Positions 54,024 through 64,000 of a stretch of 64,000 bases of DNA are shown in pieces. Under the pieces are notes generated by a model that was not told the origin of the DNA, did not search any database, and saw nothing but the letters and a program-made list of their open reading frames with translations. The DNA comes from an archaeon (GTDB lineage Archaea; Nanobdellota; Nanobdellia; Woesearchaeales; SM23-78), in NCBI GenBank assembly GCA_043801165.1, contig JAZDMG010000007.1:134155-198154 (forward strand). The letters run 5' to 3'. The position numbers and the translations under genes are program-made. Position 1 is the first letter of the stretch; the number at the start of each line of letters is the position of its first letter.

Positions 54024-55101
54024 TAAACACAAAATAATGAATGAAATCAAAGCAGGAAAAGAACATTTCTCACTGGATGAATTGCTCGACAAAGCTAAAG
54101 AATGCGGAGGACTCTCTGCCATTGAAACGAACGCACTATTCCAAAGAATCAATGAGGAAAACGTCGATGATGCTCTTAAAACAGCCCGGGAAGTGAAGGG
54201 AAAAACCAAAGGAAACCGAGCCGCGCTTTATACTTGCCTGTACATTTCTAATTATTGTGCCAACGCCTGCCCCTATTGCGGATATAACCGTGACAACAAG
54301 CGAATAAGCAGGATTATGCTCACACCCGCACAAATAAGGGAAGAAGCAAAAGCAATACTGCAAAGCGGAGTGACCGATGCCATAATCATCGGCGGCAGCC
54401 TTCCTGAGCATAAATACAAAAAACTGATTCTGGAAGCAACGCATATATCAAGGGAAGAAGGACTTAATCCTTGGATTGAATTTGAAAATCTCACAGTGAA
54501 TACGCTTAGAGAACTCCATGTGCAAGGAGCGAATAGTTTTGTGCTATTCCAGGAAACTTATGACCGAGAGCTTTATAGAACATTACATGCAAACAGCCCT
54601 TACAAAAAAGATTATGATATAAGATTAGAAGAAACAGAGAAAGCAGTTTATGCGGGGTTTGAAAATATTGGGATTGGTTCGCTCCTGGGTTTGAACCTAA
54701 ATTATTCATTCGAACTGCTAGGGCTCTATCATCATGCCCAACATCTGCTGAACAAAGGACTGGATGTTTGCATATCCCTGTCATCACTAAAACAAGCGCC
54801 CGGCATTAAAATAGAGAATTATGCTTTTAGTTCTATAGAGCTGGAAAAAATGTATCTCGCTTTGCGCTTGGCAATCCCAGGGGTTTCACTGTCCCTAAGC
54901 GGAAGGGAGCCCGCGCCCATTAGAAACAAACTTTTTCCAATCATAGATCATATAGGAACAGGCGGAGTACCGAATCCTGGCGGAAGAACGGCATACAGAG
55001 AAGAATATGAAAAAGGCGAGACCCAGTTCGTACTGCAAGATAAAAGAACTCCTGCTCAAATCAAAACTTATCTTAGCAAAATCGGAATTGAGGCATTATA
55101 A
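54007..55101 (+). CDS. ThiH/HydG-like radical SAM enzyme
   Basis: LYISNYCANACPYCGYN (C-x3-C-x2-C in the ThiH-type context). It overlaps the upstream gene by 17 nt. Confidence 0.7.
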   Translation: MQSIIDKHKIMNEIKAGKEHFSLDELLDKAKECGGLSAIETNALFQRINEENVDDALKTAREVKGKTKGNRAALYTCLYISNYCANACPYCGYNRDNKRISRIMLTPAQIREEAKAILQSGVTDAIIIGGSLPEHKYKKLILEATHISREEGLNPWIEFENLTVNTLRELHVQGANSFVLFQETYDRELYRTLHANSPYKKDYDIRLEETEKAVYAGFENIGIGSLLGLNLNYSFELLGLYHHAQHLLNKGLDVCISLSSLKQAPGIKIENYAFSSIELEKMYLALRLAIPGVSLSLSGREPAPIRNKLFPIIDHIGTGGVPNPGGRTAYREEYEKGETQFVLQDKRTPAQIKTYLSKIGIEAL

Positions 55102-55376
55102 CCTAAACGCAGAATATATCCTATGGTGCAACATACCGATTTCGCTCGTTGCCATAGCTGCGCACATTGGCTGGCGACAGGAGTGCTGGAGCAGAAGGTA
55201 ATGAACCAATAACAACGGGCCAATAAGCCCCAATTCTCAGCAATAGCTTCAACTCAACTGGAATCCTTAGCAAAGCATATTAATAAGGGCGCCCTATCCT
55301 AACCTAATCAGGCCTTATTCATGGCCTTTTCAGAGTGAAAATAAACCAAGAGGAAAAAAACAAGAAGGTGATTCGT

Positions 55377-57587
55377 ATGGATTTTAACAACAAGGCATTT
55401 TTCGGGACATTCATAGTAGTGCTAGCAGCCTTTGCGCTACTGATAGTCGCCTGCGAGAAGGTACCTGTCTACACAGGACCGGTAAACACAGGGACTGACC
55501 AGCCAGGTATCATTGTGACCCTGCAGCAGGGAAGCTTCCAGGAGCCGGTAATATTCGACCCTGTCAAGGATGTCAATACCAAAAGCTTCAAGACAGAGGC
55601 AGAGTTCTCTGACTTCATCAAGAGCAACGCAGCCGGAAGCAGCAACTATTATTATGGCGGCGGAAGGGGCGGAGTGATGATGGAGAAAGCATTATCATCG
55701 GTGGCAATGGACAGTGCAGGATCAGCCCCATCAGCAGCGCCTACGATGGTCAATGCAGAGGAAGGAAGCTACTCGACCACCAACAACCAGGTGAATGGAG
55801 TTGATGAGGCAGACATCATAAAGACAGACGGCAGCTACATCTACACAGTCTCAGGCAGCACAGTATATATTGTGAAGGCCTATCCTGGAGCAGATGCAGA
55901 GATCGTCTCAAGCATAAAGTTCAAGGAGCAGCCCCAGGGAATATTCATCAGCAAGGACTACATGGCTGTGTTCGGAAGCTTCTATGACCTTGACTTCTTC
56001 AAGGAGATCAACTTCAAGCCAAGGCAGGGGATGACTTTCTTCAACATCTACAGCATCAAGGACAAGGAGAAGCCAGAGCTTGTCAAGGAGTACAAGTTCG
56101 AGGGCAACTATTTCGAGTCAAGGATGACAGGAGACTACGTCTACTTTGTCACCACGACAGCGCCTGAGTTCAGGAAAGAGTACCCGACCCCATTGATGCT
56201 TGACGGGACAACCATCAAGCCGATGCCTGTCAGGGATATATACTACTTTGACATACCCTACAGCTCAGTGCAGTTCGCAAATGTGCACTCAATCAACCTA
56301 GAGAACATCGGAAGCGAGGTAAAATCAAAGTCAGTCGCTGTCGAGAACAGCCAGAACATGTACATGAACGACAAGAGCATCTTCATAACATACACAGAGT
56401 ACATCAATGAGTGGGAGCTGAGGAACAAGATAATAATCGACATGATGCAGAGCGACCTCACCGATGCTGACAAGGAGACAGTGGCAAAGATAAAGGCGAC
56501 TGACAACGAAGTCCTCTCCCAGCAGGAGAAGGAGTCGAAGATCCTCAACATAGTATACAGCTACATCAACTTCCTGACCTCAGATGAGCAGCAGGTATTC
56601 CAGGACCAGGTGGATGAGGCGCTCCAGGCAAAGCTTGATGAGTACGAGTACATGGAATACACCATCATCAACAAGATAGCGGTCGACAATGGCAACATAG
56701 ATGTCAAGGCCAATGGAAAGGTGCCTGGCCATGTGCTCAACCAATTCTCGATGGACGAGAAGGATGATGTGCTCAGGATAGCCACCACCATCAACCAGAG
56801 ATGGTCATACATCAAGGGAGAGAGCCAGAACACAGAGTCAACCAACAATGTCTTCACCCTGAACAAGGACCTGGAGATATTGGACTCGCTGAAGGGATTG
56901 GCGAAGGGAGAGAGCATACAGTCAACAAGGTTCATGGGCAACAGGTTGTACATGGTGACCTTCAGGCAGGTAGACCCATTCTTTGTCTTTGACCTGAGCA
57001 ACCCATCTGACATAAAGGAGCTTGGGAAGCTAAAGGTTCCTGGCTTCAGCAGATACCTGCACCCATACGACGAGAACACAATCATCGGCATAGGAAGGGA
57101 TGCATCTGCAGTGACAGGGCAGACAAGAGGGCTGAAGATAAGCCTCTTCGACGTCACAGATGTGGCCAATCCCAAGGAGATAGCCAAGTTCGTGACAGCT
57201 GAGAAGTATGCGCAGAGCGCAGCAGAGTACGAGCACAAGGCATTCCTGTTCAGCAAGGTAAATAACCTCTTGGTGATACCTGCCTACAGCATGGCCTACA
57301 GGGATTGCTGGGGAATAAACTGCCCGACATACCAGGAAAACGAGGACTACAACGGAGCCATGGTGTTCAACATCACGAAGACCAAGATAGAGATGAGAGG
57401 GATAATAGACCACTCGCTCGGCAGCAAGAACCAGTACTATGGTCAGTTGGTCGAGAGAAGCCTCTACATCCAGGACCTGCTCTACACCAAGTCACAGGGC
57501 CTGTTGAGAATCAACAGGATAGATGACCTGAGCAAGGTGAAGAACATAGAGTTCTCAGGGCAGAACACAGTATATCCTGTGTATTGA
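55377..57587 (+). CDS. Secreted/anchored beta-propeller-domain protein
   Basis: N-terminal TM FFGTFIVVLAAFALLIVAC. NGVDEADIIKTDGSYIYTV and the late FMGNRLYMVTFRQVDPFFVFDLSNP pattern are recalled from the Beta_propel family. Confidence 0.65.
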   Translation: MDFNNKAFFGTFIVVLAAFALLIVACEKVPVYTGPVNTGTDQPGIIVTLQQGSFQEPVIFDPVKDVNTKSFKTEAEFSDFIKSNAAGSSNYYYGGGRGGVMMEKALSSVAMDSAGSAPSAAPTMVNAEEGSYSTTNNQVNGVDEADIIKTDGSYIYTVSGSTVYIVKAYPGADAEIVSSIKFKEQPQGIFISKDYMAVFGSFYDLDFFKEINFKPRQGMTFFNIYSIKDKEKPELVKEYKFEGNYFESRMTGDYVYFVTTTAPEFRKEYPTPLMLDGTTIKPMPVRDIYYFDIPYSSVQFANVHSINLENIGSEVKSKSVAVENSQNMYMNDKSIFITYTEYINEWELRNKIIIDMMQSDLTDADKETVAKIKATDNEVLSQQEKESKILNIVYSYINFLTSDEQQVFQDQVDEALQAKLDEYEYMEYTIINKIAVDNGNIDVKANGKVPGHVLNQFSMDEKDDVLRIATTINQRWSYIKGESQNTESTNNVFTLNKDLEILDSLKGLAKGESIQSTRFMGNRLYMVTFRQVDPFFVFDLSNPSDIKELGKLKVPGFSRYLHPYDENTIIGIGRDASAVTGQTRGLKISLFDVTDVANPKEIAKFVTAEKYAQSAAEYEHKAFLFSKVNNLLVIPAYSMAYRDCWGINCPTYQENEDYNGAMVFNITKTKIEMRGIIDHSLGSKNQYYGQLVERSLYIQDLLYTKSQGLLRINRIDDLSKVKNIEFSGQNTVYPVY

Positions 57588-57617
57588 GCTTAGAAAACTA
57601 AATTTTTTATTTTTTCT

Positions 57618-58394
57618 TTATTTCTCCCTTATGAATCTCAGGACATAATGAGCCAGCTGAGCCCTGTGCCTCGGCTTTGAGAAGCTGTGGTCAGAGCCTT
57701 TTATTATCACCAATCTCTTCGGCTTATTCGCAGCATTGTACAGCTCATAGGGATCCTTGTCTGGCCTGACAGCCTCATCATTTCCGCCGTGGACAATCAA
57801 GACAGGCTTCCTGAACTTGTGCAATGACCCAAGGACATCGAGCCTGAAGAACTCATCGTAGAAAGCCTTCTTCAGCTTCTTTCCGTAGGTCCACTTACCA
57901 ATCCTATGATAGGTCATGTAACCTTTTGACCAGAAATCGCGCACCTGCTCATCTGTAAAATCATAGCGCACAGCCTCTTTCAGGTTTCCAGAGCCGCCTG
58001 TGAGTATGAGCCTGTCAATCCTCTTGTCTCTATGGGCGTAGAGCGCAGCATCTATGGCGCCGGTCGAATGGCCGAATAGCACCAGCCTCTTGAAGAGATA
58101 ATTCTTTTCCAGGAAATCAATGGCGTATTTGATGTCATCGGCCTCTTTGCTCATGAGCTTGTCCTCGAACCTGCCGTCAGAAGGCGGGCTGCCGCTGAAG
58201 CTAAATCTCAGCGCCAGGAAACCAGCTCTCTCAAGCATCCTTGCTGCTGGCGGGGCAGAATGGCCATTGCAAGATCCAGGAAAGCCATGGAGCACTATGA
58301 CTGCTGTGTCGTATCTCTTTGGCTTGTGCACAAAGCCCCTGAGCACCAATCCTTCTCTGTTCTTGAACTTGACAGGAATCTGCATGTCATCCAT
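57618..58394 (-). CDS. Alpha/beta hydrolase
   Basis: VLHGFPG and the nucleophile elbow GHSTGA. Confidence 0.8.
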   Translation of the reverse strand: MDDMQIPVKFKNREGLVLRGFVHKPKRYDTAVIVLHGFPGSCNGHSAPPAARMLERAGFLALRFSFSGSPPSDGRFEDKLMSKEADDIKYAIDFLEKNYLFKRLVLFGHSTGAIDAALYAHRDKRIDRLILTGGSGNLKEAVRYDFTDEQVRDFWSKGYMTYHRIGKWTYGKKLKKAFYDEFFRLDVLGSLHKFRKPVLIVHGGNDEAVRPDKDPYELYNAANKPKRLVIIKGSDHSFSKPRHRAQLAHYVLRFIREK

Positions 58395-58508
58395 CTGATA
58401 TGAACGATTGTTTAAATTATTTATGATTATATCATGCTTTCTATTATGCTATCCTGGCTATCTCGCCCAGCCGCAAGCTTTATAAAAATAATCCCCTTCT
58501 TCTGTCCC

Positions 58509-58895
58509 ATGACAGACTTGGTAGCATGCCTTGGAGCAGGGAAGGGCACCTGGAGCGGAGTATTGAGGCTGATGAACAGCGGAAAGTTCCAGAAGATATT
58601 TCTTGTTGTCAATGAATGGACAAGGGACAACCTGAAGATGCAGAATGAGAACCTTCACCTGGTGATAATCAATTCTGACGACAAGACAGTCAACATCAGG
58701 GACTCCATCGTCAAGCAGCTCCAGGGAAAGATAAATGACTTCGAGGTGGCTGTGAACCTTGACTCAGGCACCGGCAAGGAGCACGCGGCACTGGCCACTG
58801 CGCTCATGAGGCTCGGACTGTCACTGCGATTTGTCGTCGCAGAGAATGACGATGTAGAGGAAGTCAGCTATTCTGAGCACATAGAATTGGAGTGA
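58509..58895 (+). CDS. Hypothetical protein
   Basis: ATG 58509 (MTDLVACLGAGKG) is preferred over the track start. No motif recognised. Confidence 0.45.
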   Translation: MTDLVACLGAGKGTWSGVLRLMNSGKFQKIFLVVNEWTRDNLKMQNENLHLVIINSDDKTVNIRDSIVKQLQGKINDFEVAVNLDSGTGKEHAALATALMRLGLSLRFVVAENDDVEEVSYSEHIELE

Positions 58896-58899
58896 GTTC

Positions 58900-59652
58900 T
58901 CAATCAAGCATCACGCCAAGAAGATTATACATCGCCCTGTCAGCGACACGCACAGTGTCGTTATATGTCTTTGCCTCGAGGATGATGCAGTTGCCTCTTG
59001 AATAGACTATGTTCTTGTCGCTCAGGGTGAGCCATATCACCATCGTCTTGCTGCCAGATTGGCTGCAGGTCACAATGGGAGTCTCTGAGTTGACGCTGGC
59101 GTTCTTAGGAGGATTGATGAAGGCAGAGTGCGTGGGAACATTGAGAAGCTTATACGCCTGCCCTGTTATCTTGGCTATCTCTACGCCTGCGATCACTATC
59201 TTGTTGTCCTTGCCATCAGGATCTATGGTGATGTAGATGCTCCCGTTGTTGTCTTTCAGCGCAAAGAATTTTGCTCTGAGACCGATCTCGACAGGTATGT
59301 CCTCAAGACCCTTTGGATGATAATAAAATGGGACCCAATAGGGTTGGTTTCCTATCTGGAGCATGGTATACCAGAGGTTGTCCTGGAATACGAACTCAAA
59401 GTTATTGTATTTGTCATTCTCAAATTTTGTCTTCTTGAGATACTGCGGCACTGCCACAAGAGCCACCATGATTATTATCAGGACAGCAGTCAGGATTATG
59501 AAGCGGACCGTGTTCCTCTTCTTGGCAGCAGGCCCGCTTGCATCATCATCAGTTTCAGTCTTCACTGCTGCAAGCTTCTCTTTCTTGTCAGGCTTAGCCT
59601 TGGCTTGCCCAGCCGCTCTCTCGGCCTCTTTGGATTCACTGTTGGCTGGCAT
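58900..59652 (-). CDS. Hypothetical membrane-anchored protein
   Basis: A charged N-terminus, one TM (FIILTAVLIIIMVALVAV), then a beta-rich domain. It has the same architecture as the upstream gene. Confidence 0.55.
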   Translation of the reverse strand: MPANSESKEAERAAGQAKAKPDKKEKLAAVKTETDDDASGPAAKKRNTVRFIILTAVLIIIMVALVAVPQYLKKTKFENDKYNNFEFVFQDNLWYTMLQIGNQPYWVPFYYHPKGLEDIPVEIGLRAKFFALKDNNGSIYITIDPDGKDNKIVIAGVEIAKITGQAYKLLNVPTHSAFINPPKNASVNSETPIVTCSQSGSKTMVIWLTLSDKNIVYSRGNCIILEAKTYNDTVRVADRAMYNLLGVMLD

Positions 59653-60247
59653 TAGAAATCACTCCAGGGATAACTCCGTGGTAAGCATACAATATCCTGT
59701 CCCTCAGCCTTATGAACTCAGTGCCGCGGGCATTGAGGAATATGCAATTGTCTACCTCGACAACGCTGGTCTTGTCAGAGATGTTGAACACAACCACCGG
59801 AGTCTTGAGGGTTGCGTTGCTGCAATCAATCAAAGGAAGGTTGGCGTAGGTCTCTGAGCTCTCAAGCACTCCGCTGACAATGACCTTGCCGCCCATGTAC
59901 TGGGCAAAATCAAACCTTGCCAGCTCTATGAGCGGAAGATTATCCACGTCCTTATTTGGGTTGAATGTCAATGAGATGAAATAGGCCTCCTTGAGCCTGT
60001 TGACGGTGATGTCTGAGACATTGATATATTCGCTTTCATAGGGTAGGGTGTAGAAAGGCATCTCCTTGCCATCGACGGTGAGAAGATATTGGTTGTTATC
60101 CTGCTTGAACTTGAACTTGCCGTAGCGCAGCTCATTGCTCTGGGTGCCTATGATCACTCCAAAGACCGAGAATACCATCAGCCCTGCGATGATCAGGCTC
60201 ATCCATATCTGCTTGTTCTTCTCCTTCTTCCTTTCCCATCTGCTCAT
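59636..60247 (-). CDS. Hypothetical membrane-anchored protein
   Basis: ATG 60247 (MSRWERKKEKNKQIWMSLIIAGLMVF) is preferred over 60421, which would overlap alaS. Confidence 0.5.
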   Translation of the reverse strand: MSRWERKKEKNKQIWMSLIIAGLMVFSVFGVIIGTQSNELRYGKFKFKQDNNQYLLTVDGKEMPFYTLPYESEYINVSDITVNRLKEAYFISLTFNPNKDVDNLPLIELARFDFAQYMGGKVIVSGVLESSETYANLPLIDCSNATLKTPVVVFNISDKTSVVEVDNCIFLNARGTEFIRLRDRILYAYHGVIPGVISNASQQ

Positions 60248-60359
60248 GGCAATGAGTAGATGTGGACGGTTTAAAAAGCTTATTGAAAGTTCAGCAGCAG
60301 TGCTGATAAACCTGCCCTTATAGAAAACTTTAATAAACCAGGAAAGAATCTCAGCCATC

Positions 60360-62912
60360 ATGCTGACAGACAAGGAGCTGAAGAAGAAGTTCAAGGCAGT
60401 GGCTGGCGCAGAGCCTGACAAGTACTATGCCACCTCTGTGCTGAAGGCAGAGGGCTTCATGAGAAAGCACTGCCCGCACTGCGAGAAGCATTACTGGACA
60501 GTCCACAGGGACCAGAAGACCTGCGGGGATGCTGTCTGCAGAGGAGGGATAGACATCTTTGACAGGCCGCCTGTCAAGAAGAAGCTTGACTTCATCGATG
60601 TCTGGCTCAACTTCAGGAGATTCTTCGAGGAACGTGGTTACAAGGCAATCAAAAGGTATCCTGTCATAGCACGATGGAATCCCACTACTTATTTCACCAA
60701 CGCGTCCATTGCGGCATTCCAGCCCTATGTAATAAGCGGGGAATCAGATCCGCCTGCAAAGAAGCTTGTCATCCCTCAGTTCTGCCTGAGATTCGGGGAT
60801 GTCGACAATGTCGGAATCACAGGAAGCCATTGCACAGGATTTGTCATGATCGGCCAGCATGTCTTTGTCGAGCCAAAGGAATGGGACCAGGCAGAGTTCT
60901 TCAAGGACATATTCGATTACATCACAAAGGAAGTGGGCATACCAAAGGAAGAGCTCACGCTTCACGAGGATTCCTGGGCTGGCGGAGGCAACTACGGCCC
61001 CTGCATGGAGTTCTTCAGCAGAGGAGTGGAGCTGTTCAACCAAGTCTATATGATGTATGAGCACTCTGACCACGGAGACAAGGAGCTCCAGCTCAAGGTG
61101 CTTGACATGGGTCTTGGCATGGAAAGGGTCGCCTGGTTCAGCCAGGGAGCGATGACCATCTATGACGCAGCATTCCCAAAGATCATTGAGAAGTTGAAGA
61201 AGAGGCTGAATGTCGAGTTCGACGAAAAGCTCTACAAAAAGTTTGCTCCGCTGGCAGCCAAGCTGAACTTTGATGAGACAGATGATGTTGAGAAGCAATG
61301 GTATGATATCTCGAAGAAGATAGGCGTGCCTGTTAACGAGCTGAAGAGCAAGATCCTGCCCATGACAGCCCTCTACTCTGTGGCAGAGCACAGCAGGGCA
61401 TTATTGTTCGCGATAACCGACGGAGGATTGCCGTCAAATGTCGGAGGATACTACAATCTCAGGGTGATATTCAGGCGGGCCATGGAGTTCATAGACCAGT
61501 TCAGGTGGGAAGTCCAGCTCACTGAGATCTGCGAGTGGCATGCAGAATACCTCAAGCCGATCTATCCTGAGCTGGAGAAGAACCTTGGAGATGTCAAGAA
61601 AGTCCTGGATATAGAAAGAGAGAAATATTATCAGACCAAGAAGAAAGGAGCCCAGATGGTGGAGCAGCTTCTCAATGGTAAGAAAGATATCAATGCCCAG
61701 GTGCTTGTCGACCTCTACGACAGCCAAGGAATAAGCCCTGATCAGATAAAGGCCGAGGCTGCTAAGCAAGGCACAAAGGTCGAGGTGCCTGAGAACTTCT
61801 ATGCCCTTGTATCAGCGAAGCACGAGGGCAGCGAGCAAAAAACCCAGACAAAGAAGGAGAAGGAGCTAGACCTCAAAGGAATCCCGGCCACTGAGCCGCT
61901 TTACTTTGATTCATATGATTATGTTGATTTCGAGGCAAAAGTGCTGAAGATAATCGACCACAAGTTCGTGGTGCTTAACAGGACTGCCTTCTATCCGACC
62001 AGCGGAGGGCAGCTCCATGATAGGGGATTCATAGGAAAGGATGAGGTTGTCGAGGTATTCAAGCAAGGCAGCGTCATCGTGCATGTCATGAAAGAGCCGC
62101 CGAAGTTCAAGGAGCACGACAAGGTGCAGGGAAAGATTGACTTTGACATAAGACTGCAGCTGACCCAGCACCACTCAGCAGCGCACATCATCAACGGAGT
62201 GGCGAGAAGGATATTGGGGAACCATGTCTGGCAGGCAGGAGCATCAAAATCACTTGACAAGGCAAGGCTTGACATCACCCATTACGATTCTCTAACAAAT
62301 GAGGAGACTGCAAGGATAGAGGCTGCTGCCAATGATATAATCCAGAAGAACATCCCAATTTACAAGAGCTTCATGCCCAGGAGCATCGCAGAGGCGAAAT
62401 ACGGATTCGTCCTCTACCAAGGAGGGGCAGTGCCTGGCAGGAGCCTAAGAGTTGTATCCATCGAGGGGCTTGATGTGGAGGCCTGCGGAGGCACGCATCT
62501 CAACCTGACAGGAGAAGTAAAGATCATCAAGATACTCAAGACCAGCAAGCTGCAGGATGGCATAGTGAGGATTGAGTTCACTGCCGGAGAGGCAGCTGTC
62601 AAGACAGTGTGCGGAGAGAAGTGCATCCTGGAGGAAGCAGCCAAGCTCCTGAAAGTCAGCGAGAAGCAGCTGCCTGCAAGGGTAGAAGAGCTATTCGATA
62701 AATGGAAGAAGTCATGCAAGCTGGCGAAGGGCGGAGCAAAGCCAGGAGCAGAAGAACTGAGGGCATTGGAGCTCACGAGCAAAGCAGAATGCCATGACAG
62801 CGACGTGATAGGAAAGCTTGCTGAGATACTGAAGACCCAGCCAGAGCACGTCAACAAGACCATAGCAAGGTTCCTGAAGGAGCTGGATGAGAACAGAAAA
62901 AAACTGAGATGA
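60360..62912 (+). CDS. alaS: Alanyl-tRNA synthetase (archaeal type)
   Basis: 850 aa. The N-terminal Zn-binding CPHCEKHYW...C, a class II core, and the editing-domain HHSAAH...CGGTH motifs. TATA-like tttaataa (60334-60341) lies 19 nt upstream of the ATG. Confidence 0.95.
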   Translation: MLTDKELKKKFKAVAGAEPDKYYATSVLKAEGFMRKHCPHCEKHYWTVHRDQKTCGDAVCRGGIDIFDRPPVKKKLDFIDVWLNFRRFFEERGYKAIKRYPVIARWNPTTYFTNASIAAFQPYVISGESDPPAKKLVIPQFCLRFGDVDNVGITGSHCTGFVMIGQHVFVEPKEWDQAEFFKDIFDYITKEVGIPKEELTLHEDSWAGGGNYGPCMEFFSRGVELFNQVYMMYEHSDHGDKELQLKVLDMGLGMERVAWFSQGAMTIYDAAFPKIIEKLKKRLNVEFDEKLYKKFAPLAAKLNFDETDDVEKQWYDISKKIGVPVNELKSKILPMTALYSVAEHSRALLFAITDGGLPSNVGGYYNLRVIFRRAMEFIDQFRWEVQLTEICEWHAEYLKPIYPELEKNLGDVKKVLDIEREKYYQTKKKGAQMVEQLLNGKKDINAQVLVDLYDSQGISPDQIKAEAAKQGTKVEVPENFYALVSAKHEGSEQKTQTKKEKELDLKGIPATEPLYFDSYDYVDFEAKVLKIIDHKFVVLNRTAFYPTSGGQLHDRGFIGKDEVVEVFKQGSVIVHVMKEPPKFKEHDKVQGKIDFDIRLQLTQHHSAAHIINGVARRILGNHVWQAGASKSLDKARLDITHYDSLTNEETARIEAAANDIIQKNIPIYKSFMPRSIAEAKYGFVLYQGGAVPGRSLRVVSIEGLDVEACGGTHLNLTGEVKIIKILKTSKLQDGIVRIEFTAGEAAVKTVCGEKCILEEAAKLLKVSEKQLPARVEELFDKWKKSCKLAKGGAKPGAEELRALELTSKAECHDSDVIGKLAEILKTQPEHVNKTIARFLKELDENRKKLR

Positions 62913-62960
62913 ATTCTATAAACGATCAAGCGCGCCCACTTTGAAGATGAAGCGAGAGAA

Positions 62961-64000
62961 TTATTTTTTAAGACCAAAAAATCTCTTTCTTGAAGATGGA
63001 TTCAAATCATTTATTTCTCGTGCCTTTTCCTCAATATATTCGTAAGGCGCTTTGCAATAGTTATCGATCCAAAACCTTTTTGTAAGTTCAGTATCCCAAA
63101 TGTCATTAGTTGCATATGTCGGATTTGCGTCTAGGAAAGCTTTATTCATAGGTGCGCCAGGAAATGGAGTCAACATAGCACAATGAAGTTGCGCAATATT
63201 TTGGTAGGACAGAATGCTTTTTGCAAATGATTCTGTGTTTGCGATTGTCTCTTTTGATTCTCCTGCGGCACCAAGAATAAGACTACCTGTAATGCATATC
63301 TCTTTTTTGGTAAGCCTCTCGATAGCCTCAAAACTTGAGTCTATCGTATATCCTTCTCGCATACTTTTAAGCATGCTATTATCTCCCGAGTCAAATCCTA
63401 TGTATACGTATTTGACATTTAGCTCTCTCAAAACGTCGGCCATCTCTTCAGTAATCTCGCTACTTCTCCCATAACAGGAGAACTCTATGTCCATCAAATC
63501 TCTCGGCCTTGCATTCAATAATGCCTTAACCCGCTCAATATTTCCGGTTAGACAATCCCCATAATCCTTAAATGATTTTATTCCAATACTATCCTTTGCT
63601 TCTTTAAGATCTCTCCAGAATCTTCCCGGTGCTTGATAGGTATTAGAGGGGTAAGGTATATCGCAAAAACTGCATCCTAATTTTTCTCTCCATGCACAAC
63701 CGACGTGAGTGAATCCTTCTATAAATTTTTCAGACATTGCTGGAAATTCAGGTTTATGCTCTTCCCAGTATGATTCAAATTGCATCAAAGAAAAATTCAT
63801 ATCTGTCAATCTTGGTGGTTTTGAAGATAAGGAAACATTGTTATGCGTGATGCTCCCATCTTTTAATCGATAAAAAAGATTTTCTATATGATCCAGGCCC
63901 CGGCTCTGTTTGTGAGCCTCAACATATCTCAAGAAAGATTCTTCCCCACTATTCACTATGACTGCATCTATCGATGGTTGATTCTTTAATATCAGTTCCG
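62961..64000 (-). CDS. Radical SAM enzyme (B12-binding-domain class likely); N-terminus lies outside the window
   Basis: CSFCDIP cluster motif. The frame stays open upstream of the track start to the window edge (hand-translated ELILKNQPSIDAVIVNSGEE). Confidence 0.65.
   Translation of the reverse strand, partial: ELILKNQPSIDAVIVNSGEESFLRYVEAHKQSRGLDHIENLFYRLKDGSITHNNVSLSSKPPRLTDMNFSLMQFESYWEEHKPEFPAMSEKFIEGFTHVGCAWREKLGCSFCDIPYPSNTYQAPGRFWRDLKEAKDSIGIKSFKDYGDCLTGNIERVKALLNARPRDLMDIEFSCYGRSSEITEEMADVLRELNVKYVYIGFDSGDNSMLKSMREGYTIDSSFEAIERLTKKEICITGSLILGAAGESKETIANTESFAKSILSYQNIAQLHCAMLTPFPGAPMNKAFLDANPTYATNDIWDTELTKRFWIDNYCKAPYEYIEEKAREINDLNPSSRKRFFGLKK

Overview
The window looks like a contiguous piece of an archaeal chromosome, probably from a small-genome DPANN-like lineage (inference). 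The archaeal calls rest on Rpo7/RpoE', Spt4, ribosomal proteins S24e and S27ae, an Fcf1-like PIN protein, an archaeal-type AlaRS, intron-containing tRNAs, and A/T-rich TATA boxes about 22-27 nt upstream of many start codons (leaderless style).

Core genes recognised by hand include dus, htpX, rnhB, ppdK, glk-like, a RumA/TrmA-like methyltransferase, smc, a GT4 glycosyltransferase with a PIG-L deacetylase, two ABC-2 exporter pairs, pncB, alaS and several radical-SAM enzymes.

Roughly 11.9-34.6 kb is an accessory region. It holds nine toxin-antitoxin modules, a low-GC restriction-modification/DGQHR island, two IS elements with intact target-site duplications, a DUF1016 nuclease, a DinD-like gene and a LAGLIDADG endonuclease gene.

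The most unusual things I can see directly:
1. Both tRNA genes are heavily interrupted. The initiator tRNA-Met appears to carry four inserts.
2. A dispersed non-coding family has two modules: a TATA-linked conserved core (8 copies) and a roughly 45-nt hairpin with compensatory stem changes (at least 10 copies). They are joined into composite units at four sites.
3. A translationally coupled membrane-protein/DGQHR (DndB-like) pair sits in the low-GC island, next to two adenine methyltransferases and an unassigned gene.
4. Two paralogous PIN/RHH pairs are arranged tail-to-tail with overlapping 3' ends.
5. A relic 3' end of a diverged tspO allele flanks an AbrB-PIN cassette.

All functional calls come from motif recognition by eye. 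No database search, covariance model or folding program was run. No CRISPR array or rRNA was seen.
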